Source: Propionibacteriaceae bacterium (GTDB lineage: Bacteria > Actinomycetota > Actinomycetes > Propionibacteriales > Propionibacteriaceae). Taken from it: a stretch of DNA of 32,000 nucleotides. The first letter of the stretch is position 1. Every line of letters starts with the position of its first letter. Position numbers and translations under genes: made by a program. Of the stretch, positions 1-10,135 are shown one piece after another. Under the pieces are notes generated by a model, which saw nothing but the letters and a program-made list of their open reading frames with translations, made no database searches and had not been told where the DNA came from. The DNA is taken from contig JAIRQE010000005.1 of NCBI GenBank assembly GCA_031256725.1, positions 113,250 through 145,249 of the forward strand, written 5' to 3'.

Positions 1-1
1 G

Positions 2-760
2 AACGGAAAAGGTGGCGCTGGGAAGACTCCCACAACCATCTGTTTGGCTGCAGTCTTTGCGCGACTAGGAGGTTCAGGGGTTCTGGCGTGGGACAACAAC
101 CAGACCCGTGGAACCCTCGGATGGCGTACCGAACAGGGACCCCACCAGGCCACACTCCTTGATCTTCTCCCTGCGATTCCACAGTTGTTGGATCCTGAGG
201 CCAATGCGACCCATATCGCACCCTATGTTCATCATCAAAGTCGAGACCTTTTTGACGTACTGCGTTCAAAGTCCGTGGTTCTCGCTGATGAGCAGAGGAT
301 CACGCCCTATGACGTGGATGCGATCTGGCGAGTGGCGACCAAGTACTACCGCCTCATCATCATGGACTCCGGCAACGACGAGTCTGATCCCATGTGGCGA
401 CGGATGATCGACCACACCGACCAGTTGGTGACCGCCACAACGACTCGCGCTGACCATGCTGAAGCTGGTGCCCTACTTCTGGAGGCACTCATGAGGCGCA
501 ATGAGCATAGTGCCCGCCTCGCCAAGAACTCGGTTACCGTGATCACACAATCCGATCCTAAGGCTCCCGAGGAATCCATTCGTAGGATTTCTGAGGGGTA
601 CCAAACCCTGTCACGCTCTGTGGTACACGTACCCTACGACCCCTCGATGCTTGAAGGCACCCTGTTCTACGACAACCTCAAGCCCACCACTCAAAGAGCC
701 TGGTTGATGGCTGCTGCGGCTGTGGCCAATGGCCTGAGCGCCCAAATGCCCCTGGCGTGA
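2..760 (+). CDS. MinD/ParA-family P-loop ATPase, 5' end cut by the window edge
   Basis: The frame of track ORF 44..760 stays open back to nt 2. It reads NGKGGAGKTPTTICLAAVFARLGG, a deviant Walker A (KGGxGKT) typical of ParA/MinD ATPases. RLIIMDSGND fits a hydrophobic-strand-plus-Asp Walker B. The TTG at 44 is therefore internal. Confidence 0.75.
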   Translation, partial: NGKGGAGKTPTTICLAAVFARLGGSGVLAWDNNQTRGTLGWRTEQGPHQATLLDLLPAIPQLLDPEANATHIAPYVHHQSRDLFDVLRSKSVVLADEQRITPYDVDAIWRVATKYYRLIIMDSGNDESDPMWRRMIDHTDQLVTATTTRADHAEAGALLLEALMRRNEHSARLAKNSVTVITQSDPKAPEESIRRISEGYQTLSRSVVHVPYDPSMLEGTLFYDNLKPTTQRAWLMAAAAVANGLSAQMPLA

Positions 761-796
761 AAGTACCCCCTGAGATATAACAGGTACACTAGTTGC

Positions 797-1375
797 ATGT
801 CCACTGAGCATACTGTTACTCCGTCGCGCGCTGGGTTGCCTTGGATTTCCTTGGTCGCACGACTCATCATTGGCGGAGCACTACTCATCGCTGGCCTACT
901 ATCCATCGTGAATCTCAGGCGATCAGTGGTTAAGGTACAAGCCTACGAACTGCCCATCCCGGAGTTCCTCGTGACCCTCATAGGGTACTGCCTACCCGTA
1001 GTGGAGATTGTGGTGGGGGCAGCAATCCTTGCTGGTTTCCTGACTCGCTGGACTGCAGCAATCGGTGGATTCCTCATGATCGTCTACATCGCTGGCATCG
1101 CCTCAGCTTGGGCCCGTGGGCTCAATATCGACTGCGGATGTTTCACCCCTGGCGGGATGCTGGAGCCTGGACAGGACACCAAATACCTCACCGACATTGT
1201 GCGGGACATCGGCTTCCTTGCCTGTTCGGTGTGGCTCGTCATCTTCCCAACCTCACGAATCTCGATAGATTCGTGGATCAGATCTCCGATTGAACAGGAG
1301 CACTATAGTGACCAAGAAAAAGCAGACATCAGTATCGAGTCAAAATGCGAAGAAAGTAGCAGCCGCCAAAGCTGA
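797..1375 (+). CDS. MauE/DoxX-family redox-associated membrane protein
   Basis: 192 aa with about four hydrophobic helices. It carries the GLNIDCGCF cysteine motif typical of MauE-type proteins. It sits immediately upstream of two DsbA-like genes, and its hydrophilic tail overlaps the next ORF. Confidence 0.7.
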   Translation: MSTEHTVTPSRAGLPWISLVARLIIGGALLIAGLLSIVNLRRSVVKVQAYELPIPEFLVTLIGYCLPVVEIVVGAAILAGFLTRWTAAIGGFLMIVYIAGIASAWARGLNIDCGCFTPGGMLEPGQDTKYLTDIVRDIGFLACSVWLVIFPTSRISIDSWIRSPIEQEHYSDQEKADISIESKCEESSSRQS

Positions 1376-2192
1376 AGCCGCAAGGAAGAAGCGTAATCGC
1401 ATCATCATTGTGATCGTTGGTTTCATCGTGATCGCCTTGATACCTGTGGGTGCGGTCTTGTCACAAATGGATTCAACCCAACAGGATCCAGGTAACCCGG
1501 ATCAGACAGCGACGGATTCCCCCACGACCCAGTCCCCAACGTTCAACATTCCACCGAATGGTACTTCTGCTGCAGGCTGGATCTCAATGTCTAGCCCCAA
1601 TGTCAAACATGATGCCATCATCATTGATGAGCATGTTGACTATCAGTGTGGCCACTGCCAAGTCACGGACGCCATTGTTGGTGGCCACTTCCAGGAACTC
1701 GTGGACCGTGGCGATATCATTGTGAGAGTGCACATGCGTAGCTTCATGGATACCAACAAGGGGGTATTCGTCTCAGTTCCAACTGGAGCAGCCGCCGCCT
1801 GTGCTGATGTCGTAGGACGCTACGCCGACTATCATGAAGTCGCATTCAAACATGCCGTGGAGGGCACTCTCACAGCATCACCCGAGCAACTCCGTGATCA
1901 GTTCCCCCAAGAGATTGGCATCACTGGAGATGATCTCACTCGTTTCCAGACCTGTGTCGACAATAACGAGATGCTGGAATACGTCGAAAAGATGGAGTCC
2001 ACCAACCTCAAATCACGGACCATTAACGGAGGTGATCAGGATCCCCCCAAGGGTACTCCGGCCTTCTTCGCCAACTCTAATCCTTTCACAATGAATCAGA
2101 TCGTAGGCGAGGATGAGGCTACCCAATCTTATGCTCCGATCTATGGATCAGCCGACGACTTGCTTGCTTTCTTGAGGACAGTGGCAAACTAG
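1290..2192 (+). CDS. DsbA-family thiol:disulfide oxidoreductase, membrane-anchored (paralogue 1)
   Basis: Basic N-terminus, one TM helix (IIIVIVGFIVIALIPVGAVL) and a Thr/Pro linker. The thioredoxin-fold domain has a CxxC (YQCGHCQ) and a C-terminal GTPAFF (cis-Pro loop-like). Track start is TTG 1290. GTG 1308, preceded by AGGAG at 1293..1297, is the more likely start. Confidence 0.8.
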   Translation: MNRSTIVTKKKQTSVSSQNAKKVAAAKAEAARKKRNRIIIVIVGFIVIALIPVGAVLSQMDSTQQDPGNPDQTATDSPTTQSPTFNIPPNGTSAAGWISMSSPNVKHDAIIIDEHVDYQCGHCQVTDAIVGGHFQELVDRGDIIVRVHMRSFMDTNKGVFVSVPTGAAAACADVVGRYADYHEVAFKHAVEGTLTASPEQLRDQFPQEIGITGDDLTRFQTCVDNNEMLEYVEKMESTNLKSRTINGGDQDPPKGTPAFFANSNPFTMNQIVGEDEATQSYAPIYGSADDLLAFLRTVAN

Positions 2193-2205
2193 AAGAAGGT
2201 ACTCA

Positions 2206-3138
2206 ATGACAGAAAAGAAAAGAAACATCACCCATCACTACACTCAACGGCAAACTGCCCTGAAAGCAGAAGCAGCCAAGAAGAGACGCAAACGCATCAT
2301 TATCACTGTTGTTGGTCTGATCGTAATCGCTCTTGTACCTGTGGGTGTTGTTCTATCTCAGTTGAACGACACCACATCAAGCAAGCCCAATACCCATGAT
2401 TTTCCGAGTGGGACACCACAGACTCCCCCCACCATAACCAAGGTCGGCGACATCCTCATCCCTCCGTATGGATCTGAGCAGATGGCTTGGATTACTACAA
2501 CCCACGCACCTAAACCCGATGCTCTCATTGTCAACGAACACGTTGAGTACCAATGTGACCGCTGCCAATTGGTACATTCCCTGTATAGCGACCTCTTCCA
2601 AGAACTCGCAGATCGTGGCGACATTGTTCTTCAGATACATCTCCGCTCATTCCTGGACAAAGGCACCTATGAATCCAATGGTGATGTTCTTGATGAGACT
2701 GCTCGCGGAATGAGTCTTTCCACCGTCGCTGCATCAGTCTGCGCCGATACGGTCGGGATGTTTTCTGCCTACCATGATGCTGCCTTCACCCACGCATATA
2801 AACAAACCCTGGATGCGTCCCTTGAGCAGTTGATCATACAGATCCCCAATGAGATCGGGATGACTGGTGGTGAACTGGAAAATTTCCAAGAATGTGTCAC
2901 CACCGAGATGATGCTCCCCTATGTCTATGCGATGGAGAAGACGAATCTCACATCTCGAACCATCAATGGCAAGGATCACGACACGGTTAGGGGAACTCCC
3001 GCTTTCTTCATCGACGGAAACTTCATGATGATGTCAGAGATCGTTGGTCTCACGGAGGACCAAACAGACTATATGGCGCTCTTTACCACTGCGGACGAGT
3101 TGCTTACCTACCTCATATCAGTTTCTAAGCTACCTTAA
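2206..3138 (+). CDS. DsbA-family thiol:disulfide oxidoreductase, membrane-anchored (paralogue 2)
   Basis: Same architecture as the preceding gene, so a tandem paralogue. The KAEAAKKRRKRIIITVVGLIVIALVPVGVVLSQ anchor is nearly identical. The CxxC is YQCDRCQ and the C-terminal motif is GTPAFF. Confidence 0.8.
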   Translation: MTEKKRNITHHYTQRQTALKAEAAKKRRKRIIITVVGLIVIALVPVGVVLSQLNDTTSSKPNTHDFPSGTPQTPPTITKVGDILIPPYGSEQMAWITTTHAPKPDALIVNEHVEYQCDRCQLVHSLYSDLFQELADRGDIVLQIHLRSFLDKGTYESNGDVLDETARGMSLSTVAASVCADTVGMFSAYHDAAFTHAYKQTLDASLEQLIIQIPNEIGMTGGELENFQECVTTEMMLPYVYAMEKTNLTSRTINGKDHDTVRGTPAFFIDGNFMMMSEIVGLTEDQTDYMALFTTADELLTYLISVSKLP

Positions 3139-3145
3139 GCCAGTT

Positions 3146-4579
3146 CTACAGAACCTGCTCTGGGGAGTACTGCGCAGCCTGCGGGTCAGCTTTCACGAGG
3201 GCGTCGATTTTCTCAGCAAGTCGTGCGACCTGCTGACGAGCAGCACCAGTCAGCTCCACTGGAGCAGACATCAAGGCTGCAAGATCCTCCCGGGTCAAAC
3301 CTAGTCGCCCATCGGTAGCAAGATCATCCAGGAGAGTATTCGGCTCGCCTTCACGCATCTTGAGTGCTGCGGCAACTGCACATTCTTTGATCACCTCATG
3401 GGCCTGTTCACGACCGACACCGCGTTGTACTGCTGCCATGAGGATCTTTGTTGTTGCCAGGAAAGGAAGGTACCTCCCCAACTCAGTTTCAATAACTCCA
3501 GGGAAGGCACCAAAATCCTCAAGGATGGTCAGTAGGGTCTCAAAGAGCCCATCCAAGGCGTAGAAGGCATCTGGAAGGGCCACACGGCGTACCACTGAGC
3601 AGGAGACATCTCCCTCATTCCACTGATCACCAGCGAGTTCACCAACCATGGAAAGGTAGCCCCTCAGGATCACAGACAAGCCGTTGACCCTCTCACAGGA
3701 ACGGGTATTCATCTTGTGGGGCATCGCTGAGGAACCAACCTGGCCGGGGCGGAAACCCTCAGTAACCAACTCATGGCCAGCCATCAAACGGATCGTCGTC
3801 GCCAGATTCGAGCAGGGGGCAGAGATTTGTACCAAAGCGGAAAGTACATCAAAATCCACGCTTCGCGGATAAACCTGTCCTGTGGAGGTCAAGCATTGGG
3901 AGAACCCCAAACTGTGAGCCACCCGATTCTCCAATTCAGCGAGTTTAGCCTCATCTCCACCGAGCAGATCCAACATGTCCTGGCTGGTACCCATAGGGCC
4001 CTTGATCCCCCGCAGAGGATAGCGCTTGATGAGATCCTCCAAGCGCGCGAACCCTTGAAGAAGTTCGTCTGCCACAGTGGCAAACCTCTTTCCAAGGGTG
4101 GTCACCTGGGCTGCAACGTTATGCGAACGCCCCGCAATCGGCTGATCTGCATAGCGTACAGACAGTTCTGTCAGACGAGCCAAGACGGTGATGATCTTGG
4201 ATCGTACGAGCTTCAAAGATCCGAAGATCTGTGCCTGTTCAACGTTCTCTGTTAGGTCACGACTTGTCATCCCCTTGTGGATATGTTCGTAGCCTGCGAG
4301 GTCGTTGTATTCCTCAATTCGGGCCTTCACATCATGGCGAGTCACCCGCTCTCGGGCATCAATCGAAGCCAGATCGATCTGATCAATCACTGCGCGATAA
4401 GCAGATATAACCTTGGTGGGATCCTCACCACCGAAGTTCACGTTGAGGTCTGCTTGAGCGGAAAGTACAGCGAGCCAGAGTTCGCGTTCAGCCTTCACCT
4501 TCGAGGTTGGGGCCCACAATTCGCGCATGGGGGTGGAGGCATAACGGGTCGCCAGAACATTGGGTGTCGTCATAGTCAA
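3146..4579 (-). CDS. purB: adenylosuccinate lyase
   Basis: 477 aa. N-terminus LATRYASTPMRELW and the fumarate-lyase signature region GSSAMPHKMNTRSCERV. Length and C-terminal extension are typical of actinobacterial PurB. The start lies 3 nt after the purD stop, suggesting one operon. Confidence 0.95.
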   Translation of the reverse strand: MTMTTPNVLATRYASTPMRELWAPTSKVKAERELWLAVLSAQADLNVNFGGEDPTKVISAYRAVIDQIDLASIDARERVTRHDVKARIEEYNDLAGYEHIHKGMTSRDLTENVEQAQIFGSLKLVRSKIITVLARLTELSVRYADQPIAGRSHNVAAQVTTLGKRFATVADELLQGFARLEDLIKRYPLRGIKGPMGTSQDMLDLLGGDEAKLAELENRVAHSLGFSQCLTSTGQVYPRSVDFDVLSALVQISAPCSNLATTIRLMAGHELVTEGFRPGQVGSSAMPHKMNTRSCERVNGLSVILRGYLSMVGELAGDQWNEGDVSCSVVRRVALPDAFYALDGLFETLLTILEDFGAFPGVIETELGRYLPFLATTKILMAAVQRGVGREQAHEVIKECAVAAALKMREGEPNTLLDDLATDGRLGLTREDLAALMSAPVELTGAARQQVARLAEKIDALVKADPQAAQYSPEQVL

Positions 4580-4582
4580 TCC

Positions 4583-5890
4583 TTAGAGTGTGGGTGTGGG
4601 GATGCGATCAACCGAAGCAGTTTGCGCAATATCGCTGCGGTAGAAACCTCCTGGGAAGTCGATTTCTTCAAGGAAAGAGTACGCATTCTCCCGCGCTTCG
4701 ATGAGATCCTCACCTTGGGCAACGATACCAAGTACGCGACCCCCGCGTGGTACTAGGTCGCCATTCTCGTCGAGACCTGTGCCGCAGTGGATGACCTGAA
4801 CCTGATCCACAGGAGGAGGAATGGTGATAGTTCCTTGCTTGGAAGGAACCCCTGGATACCCATTGGCTGCATAAACCACAACCAGGGAGACCTCATCATC
4901 CCACGTCAATTCTGGAATATCACCCAGAGACCCTGCCGCCGCCGCATAGAGGATCTGCCCCAATGGATATTTCAGCAAGGGAAGTACAGCCTCAGTCTCG
5001 GGATCTCCGAAGCGTACATTAAACTCCACAACGCGCAGACCCTTGGTTGTCAGAGCAAGACCAACATAGAGCAGACCTTGGAAGGGGATCCCACGGTTGA
5101 ACATCTCCTTCAGAGTCGGTTTCACAACCTTCTTCATCACCTTTGAGACGAGATTCTCGGGAGCCCACGGCAGTGGACAATAGGCACCCATTCCCCCAGT
5201 GTTGGGCCCAGTGTCCCCTTCACCGACCCTCTTGAAATCCTGGGCTGGGAGGAGGGGCAACCCCTTGTTTCCATCGCAGATCACAAACAGTGAAACCTCT
5301 GGGCCATCAAGGTACTCCTCAATCACGACAGGCAGACAGGCCTTAGCATGGGCGAGGGCTTCGTCGCGATCCTCGGTGACCACCACACCCTTACCCGCTG
5401 CTAATCCATCATCCTTGACCACATAGGGAGCACCAAACTCACTCAAGGCCCACGAGGCCTCAGCGGCTGTCGTACAGTACATGGATCGGGCCGTGGGTAC
5501 CTTCGCAGCCGTCATAATCTGTTTAGCGAAATTCTTGGAACCCTCCAATTGGGCGGCAGCCTTACTGGCTCCGAAACACTGGATTCCTGCATCACGTACG
5601 GCGTCGGCTAACCCAGCAACAAGAGGGGCCTCTGGGCCAACAACGACAAGGTTGACCCCCAATTCTTCGGCCACTTCGATGACGGACGCAGAATCCATGG
5701 GATCAACGCTAGAAATGCGTTTCCCTAAGTCAGAATCATGATCAATTCCGTACTGCGCATCAAGAGCCCAGGTGGCAGGATTCCCTGGAGCAACATGAAC
5801 GCTCTCAACTTCAACATCGCGCGCAATAGCTAAAGCCAATGCATGTTCGCGCCCACCAGATCCAACGACTAAAACAGTTAATTTCACCAC
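4583..5890 (-). CDS. purD: phosphoribosylamine--glycine ligase
   Basis: 435 aa. N-terminus VLVVGSGGREHALA, an ATP-grasp core and GPNTGGMGAY. GTG start; a second GTG lies 3 nt downstream. Confidence 0.95.
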   Translation of the reverse strand: MVKLTVLVVGSGGREHALALAIARDVEVESVHVAPGNPATWALDAQYGIDHDSDLGKRISSVDPMDSASVIEVAEELGVNLVVVGPEAPLVAGLADAVRDAGIQCFGASKAAAQLEGSKNFAKQIMTAAKVPTARSMYCTTAAEASWALSEFGAPYVVKDDGLAAGKGVVVTEDRDEALAHAKACLPVVIEEYLDGPEVSLFVICDGNKGLPLLPAQDFKRVGEGDTGPNTGGMGAYCPLPWAPENLVSKVMKKVVKPTLKEMFNRGIPFQGLLYVGLALTTKGLRVVEFNVRFGDPETEAVLPLLKYPLGQILYAAAAGSLGDIPELTWDDEVSLVVVYAANGYPGVPSKQGTITIPPPVDQVQVIHCGTGLDENGDLVPRGGRVLGIVAQGEDLIEARENAYSFLEEIDFPGGFYRSDIAQTASVDRIPTPTL

Positions 5891-6129
5891 CCTAGTTTAC
5901 CGCCACCAAGGTGGTGCCCCTGAACCAATCGGGAGTACGACTAACCAGCGATTCATTTAGGCAGATTCATACCACAGGAACATATCAGTGACTAGCAGAA
6001 TCACTCAGATCTCTCGCAACTAAAACGCTACCGTAGATACCTACAAGTGAGCCTCCGAGCATTGGCAGTATTCCCCACTGCCATCAATAACTTGCCTGGA
6101 TTCATCGCTCCCCCTTGGATAGATCTAGA

Positions 6130-7461
<1,332 letters not shown>

Positions 7462-7497
7462 CTAGTGTACAGGGGTGAATCCTGTTAGCGCATCCGT

Positions 7498-8241
7498 TTA
7501 TTCCCGGACAATATGTGACAAGGATTTGATCCCGCGTTCCAGATGCCAGTTGAGGAAGGCCCTCACAAGGGTTGATCCCTCGGTAATCCGCGTTTCGGGA
7601 ATCTCGCGCGTCTGTATCCAGTCACCGGTCAGTAAGGAGATGAGGTACCCCAAGGTTGCACTTGAGATCGCTGGTACTCCCGCAGGTCGACACCGGCTAC
7701 AGAGCGTACCTCCTGAGCTGGGAGCGAAGTACCCGTGTGGCCCCTCAGATCCGCAGATTGCGCAAGAATCAAGTTGAGGAGCATAGCCAGCAAGACTCGC
7801 CGCCCGAAGGATGTACGAGTCAAGGATCATGGCTGTAGGGCGTACCCCATCGGAGGTACCCTCCCCTAATGCGCGCAAAGCCCCCACAAGAAGCAGGTAA
7901 TGCTGGAGCGCGGGGATTCCCTCTTCAGGTACAAGCTTGTCCGCGATCTCGACCATGACCTCCGCAGTCGTGAATCGTGGGAAGTCATCAAGGAAAGGCC
8001 GTCCGAGAAGGGTTTTCGATACCACCGATGTGAAGATATCGAGGTTACGCCCCTCAGTGATCTGCAAGTCGACCTGAGCGAAGGGCTCCAGTCTCGCTCC
8101 AAATTTGGATGAGGTACGGCGGACCCCCTTCGCAACCCCACGCAATTTCCCGTGCTGTCTGGTGAGGATGGTGATGATCCGGTCGGCTTCCCCCAAACGG
8201 TGGGTGCGCAAAACAACACCCTCATCGTTGAATGTACCCAT
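7498..8241 (-). CDS. recO: DNA repair protein RecO
   Basis: 247 aa. N-terminal OB-fold region (EGVVLRTHRLGEADRIITILTRQHGKLRGVAKGVRR) and a Cys4 zinc motif (CAICG...CSRC). Strong SD GGAGGTGAG at 8243..8251. Confidence 0.9.
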   Translation of the reverse strand: MGTFNDEGVVLRTHRLGEADRIITILTRQHGKLRGVAKGVRRTSSKFGARLEPFAQVDLQITEGRNLDIFTSVVSKTLLGRPFLDDFPRFTTAEVMVEIADKLVPEEGIPALQHYLLLVGALRALGEGTSDGVRPTAMILDSYILRAASLAGYAPQLDSCAICGSEGPHGYFAPSSGGTLCSRCRPAGVPAISSATLGYLISLLTGDWIQTREIPETRITEGSTLVRAFLNWHLERGIKSLSHIVRE

Positions 8242-8258
8242 CTCACCTCCAGTTCACT

Positions 8259-8290
8259 CTGTCATGCTGCGCGAAGTCGCAGCATCCAGA
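8259..8290 (-). repeat. hairpin repeat copy S1 (reverse orientation): TCTGG ATGCTGCG ACTTCG CGCAGCAT GACAG
   Basis: Perfect 8-bp stem (8264..8271 / 8278..8285) and 6-nt loop. Conserved flanks CTGTC (8259..8263) and CCAGA (8286..8290). It abuts the recO SD. Confidence 0.8.
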
Positions 8291-8315
8291 ATATCCAGTC
8301 TCAATGAATCCCAGG

Positions 8316-8348
8316 TCTGGATTCTGCGACTGTCGCGCAGAATGACAG
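8316..8348 (+). repeat. hairpin repeat copy S2: TCTGG ATTCTGCG ACTGTCG CGCAGAAT GACAG
   Basis: Perfect 8-bp stem (8321..8328 / 8336..8343) and 7-nt loop, with the same flanks as S1, S3 and S4. It ends 26 nt before the uppS ATG. Confidence 0.8.
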
Positions 8349-8373
8349 TGGTGCTCACGCTAGGATCAAGTCT

Positions 8374-9147
8374 ATGGTCCAAGGTTATACTCGGCCCGAG
8401 AAGAGGCCCCCGACCCCACATCCATCGGGCGCGGTTGCGCCAACTGGGATAACAGTACCCGCCCATGTCGCCATCGTCATGGATGGCAATGGTCGTTGGG
8501 CTAAGCAACGTGGATTGCCACGTACTGATGGACATGAGCGTGGTGAAGGAGCATTGTTCGATGTCATTGAAGGTGCTATTGAGGTGGGCCTGAAAGCCTT
8601 GACTGTTTATGCCTTTTCCACCGAAAACTGGAAACGCTCCCCCGCTGAGGTTCACTGGCTCATGGGATTCAACCGTGACACCATTCACCGTCGCCGAGGG
8701 GATCTGGATGCACTCGGAGTGAAGATTCGTTGGGCAGGACGTCGCCCCAAACTCTGGGCCTCAGTCATCAAGGAATTGGAAACCGCCGAAGAGATCACCA
8801 AGGACAACACCACACTCACCCTCCAGTTTTGCGTGAACTATGGTGGTCGAGCCGAGATCACCGATGCCGCTCGACGCATCGCCCACGATGCCCAGACTGG
8901 GAAGCTGGATCCTGATCGCCTCACAGAAGCCCGCTTCGCCAAGTACCTCTACTGCCCCGAGATCGCTGACGTTGACCTTTTTGTACGCTCCTCCGGCGAA
9001 CAACGTACCTCCAACTTCCTTATCTGGCAGGCCGCCTATGCTGAGATGGTTTTCCTGGACGTACTATGGCCCGACTTCGACCGTCGGGACCTCTGGAAAG
9101 CCATCGAACTCTACAACGACCGAGAGCGCCGATTTGGGAGTGCCTAA
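8374..9147 (+). CDS. uppS: isoprenyl (undecaprenyl/decaprenyl) diphosphate synthase, cis-prenyltransferase
   Basis: 257 aa. [23 protein letters not shown], and [14 protein letters not shown] near the C-terminus, with a C-terminal RRFG. Confidence 0.93.
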   Translation: MVQGYTRPEKRPPTPHPSGAVAPTGITVPAHVAIVMDGNGRWAKQRGLPRTDGHERGEGALFDVIEGAIEVGLKALTVYAFSTENWKRSPAEVHWLMGFNRDTIHRRRGDLDALGVKIRWAGRRPKLWASVIKELETAEEITKDNTTLTLQFCVNYGGRAEITDAARRIAHDAQTGKLDPDRLTEARFAKYLYCPEIADVDLFVRSSGEQRTSNFLIWQAAYAEMVFLDVLWPDFDRRDLWKAIELYNDRERRFGSA

Positions 9148-9438
9148 ATTCCCGTGTGTTGAGTACCTTCTATAAACATACTATCTATGAAAAACGCGAT
9201 GGTTCACTGCATTTTCCTATGAAAAAAGCAGCGAACAACAGCTTAGGCAATGCCGCTAGTTACTGACCTCCACCCAAAGAATGGTTTTCCCTCATACCCA
9301 AGGATGATGAACACAGGACAGTCAATGGACCAGTCCTGGGTAAAACTTCGCAATACTCGACTGAATGAGGCACCTCGGATCTCAGTTGCGAACTTGTGCA
9401 CCTGAAATAACCCGAAAGCAAGGCAGAACTTCACAACA

Positions 9439-9456
9439 CTGGTGATACATCACCAG
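9439..9456. promoter_or_regulatory. 18-bp palindrome CTGGTGAT-AC-ATCACCAG upstream of the rhodanese gene
   Basis: Perfect 8-bp arms with a 2-nt centre, 66 nt upstream of ATG 9522. The geometry fits a dimeric repressor operator better than an RNA hairpin. Confidence 0.4.
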
Positions 9457-9521
9457 ATGTACAGAAGATTGTGACGTTATGACAGACCAGAGAATGCAGG
9501 GTTCTGTGTCAGAATTGAGGT

Positions 9522-9806
9522 ATGACCAGGTTCATTATTGATGTACGTACCCCTCAGGAATTTGCGGCACGACACATTGAAGGGGCTATCAACATTGACT
9601 TCCATGATCCCCAGTTCAATACCCAAATGATGGAGTTTCCCAAGGACACCGAGCTGGTGGTGTACTGCAATGCTGGAGGCAGAGCCGGGCGCGCAAAAAC
9701 ACGACTGAAGGAGCTTGGATTCAGTGATGTGACAAGTTACGGGATCATGGGTGCGTCTGCAGCCACTGGCACCCAGGTCCTCTATCAAACAGCTCAAAGG
9801 GATTAG
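9522..9806 (+). CDS. single-domain rhodanese (sulfurtransferase-like) protein
   Basis: 94 aa. IIDVRTPQEFAARHIEGAINI and the active-site loop VVYCNAGGRAGRA (CxxGxR). Flanked by about 370 bp and 500 bp of apparently non-coding or decayed DNA. Confidence 0.85.
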   Translation: MTRFIIDVRTPQEFAARHIEGAINIDFHDPQFNTQMMEFPKDTELVVYCNAGGRAGRAKTRLKELGFSDVTSYGIMGASAATGTQVLYQTAQRD

Positions 9807-10135
9807 GCTCCTTCGGACGTAACTATTGACAGATTCACGCCATATGTTCGAACTGAAATAGTCAAGGTTCTCCCACCAAGTACTATCCTGATCAACATGA
9901 TCATACTGATCGATATGGAGGTACGACATGATAACCGAAGTCACAGCTGTCGCTTTCAGACAACACCTCGTCGCGGACGACCACCATATTCAGTCGATGC
10001 ATAACAAATCCGATGATCATTCTCGTTGAGCAACCCATATCCCAGAAAACCAAGTACAGGCGCCCAAAACTCCGTGGCCCGCTGTCTATCAGCCACAGCG
10101 ATCATCATGTGAGCCAACAACCCCAGATTACTCAT
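9803..10135 (-). pseudogene. frameshifted VOC (glyoxalase/bleomycin-resistance/dioxygenase fold) family gene remnant
   Basis: ATG at 10135, preceded by GAGGGGGA, opens a 59-codon ORF. It reads MSNLGLLAHMMIAVADRQRATEFWAPVLGFLGYGLL...CYASTEYGG and resembles a VOC N-terminus. It stops at 9956. VOC-like continuation appears in the other two frames (VVVRDEVLSES..FGYHV; LHIDQYDHVDQ; ..VRTYGVNLSIVTSEGA*), ending at TAA 9805..9803. Total about 111 codons with at least two frameshifts. Family assignment is from memory of typical VOC sequences. Confidence 0.4.

Noticed and set aside
5891-6129. Purine/guanine riboswitch or attenuator upstream of purD-purB
   Set aside because: There is no UAUAAU...CCGACUAUG-type three-way-junction consensus. 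I see only short features: GATTCAT three times, the CCACC-AA-GGTGG palindrome, and a weak GGCAGT...ACTGCC hairpin without a U-tract after purA. None is sufficient to call.
9841-9860. GTTCGAAC, considered as a tRNA T-loop remnant
   Set aside because: There is no surrounding cloverleaf (acceptor or anticodon stems). It is a simple 8-bp palindrome inside the VOC-remnant region.
9477-9944. 155-aa minus-strand ORF overlapping the rhodanese gene
   Set aside because: It is antisense to a well-supported rhodanese CDS. Its 5' part is better explained as one frame of the frameshifted VOC remnant.
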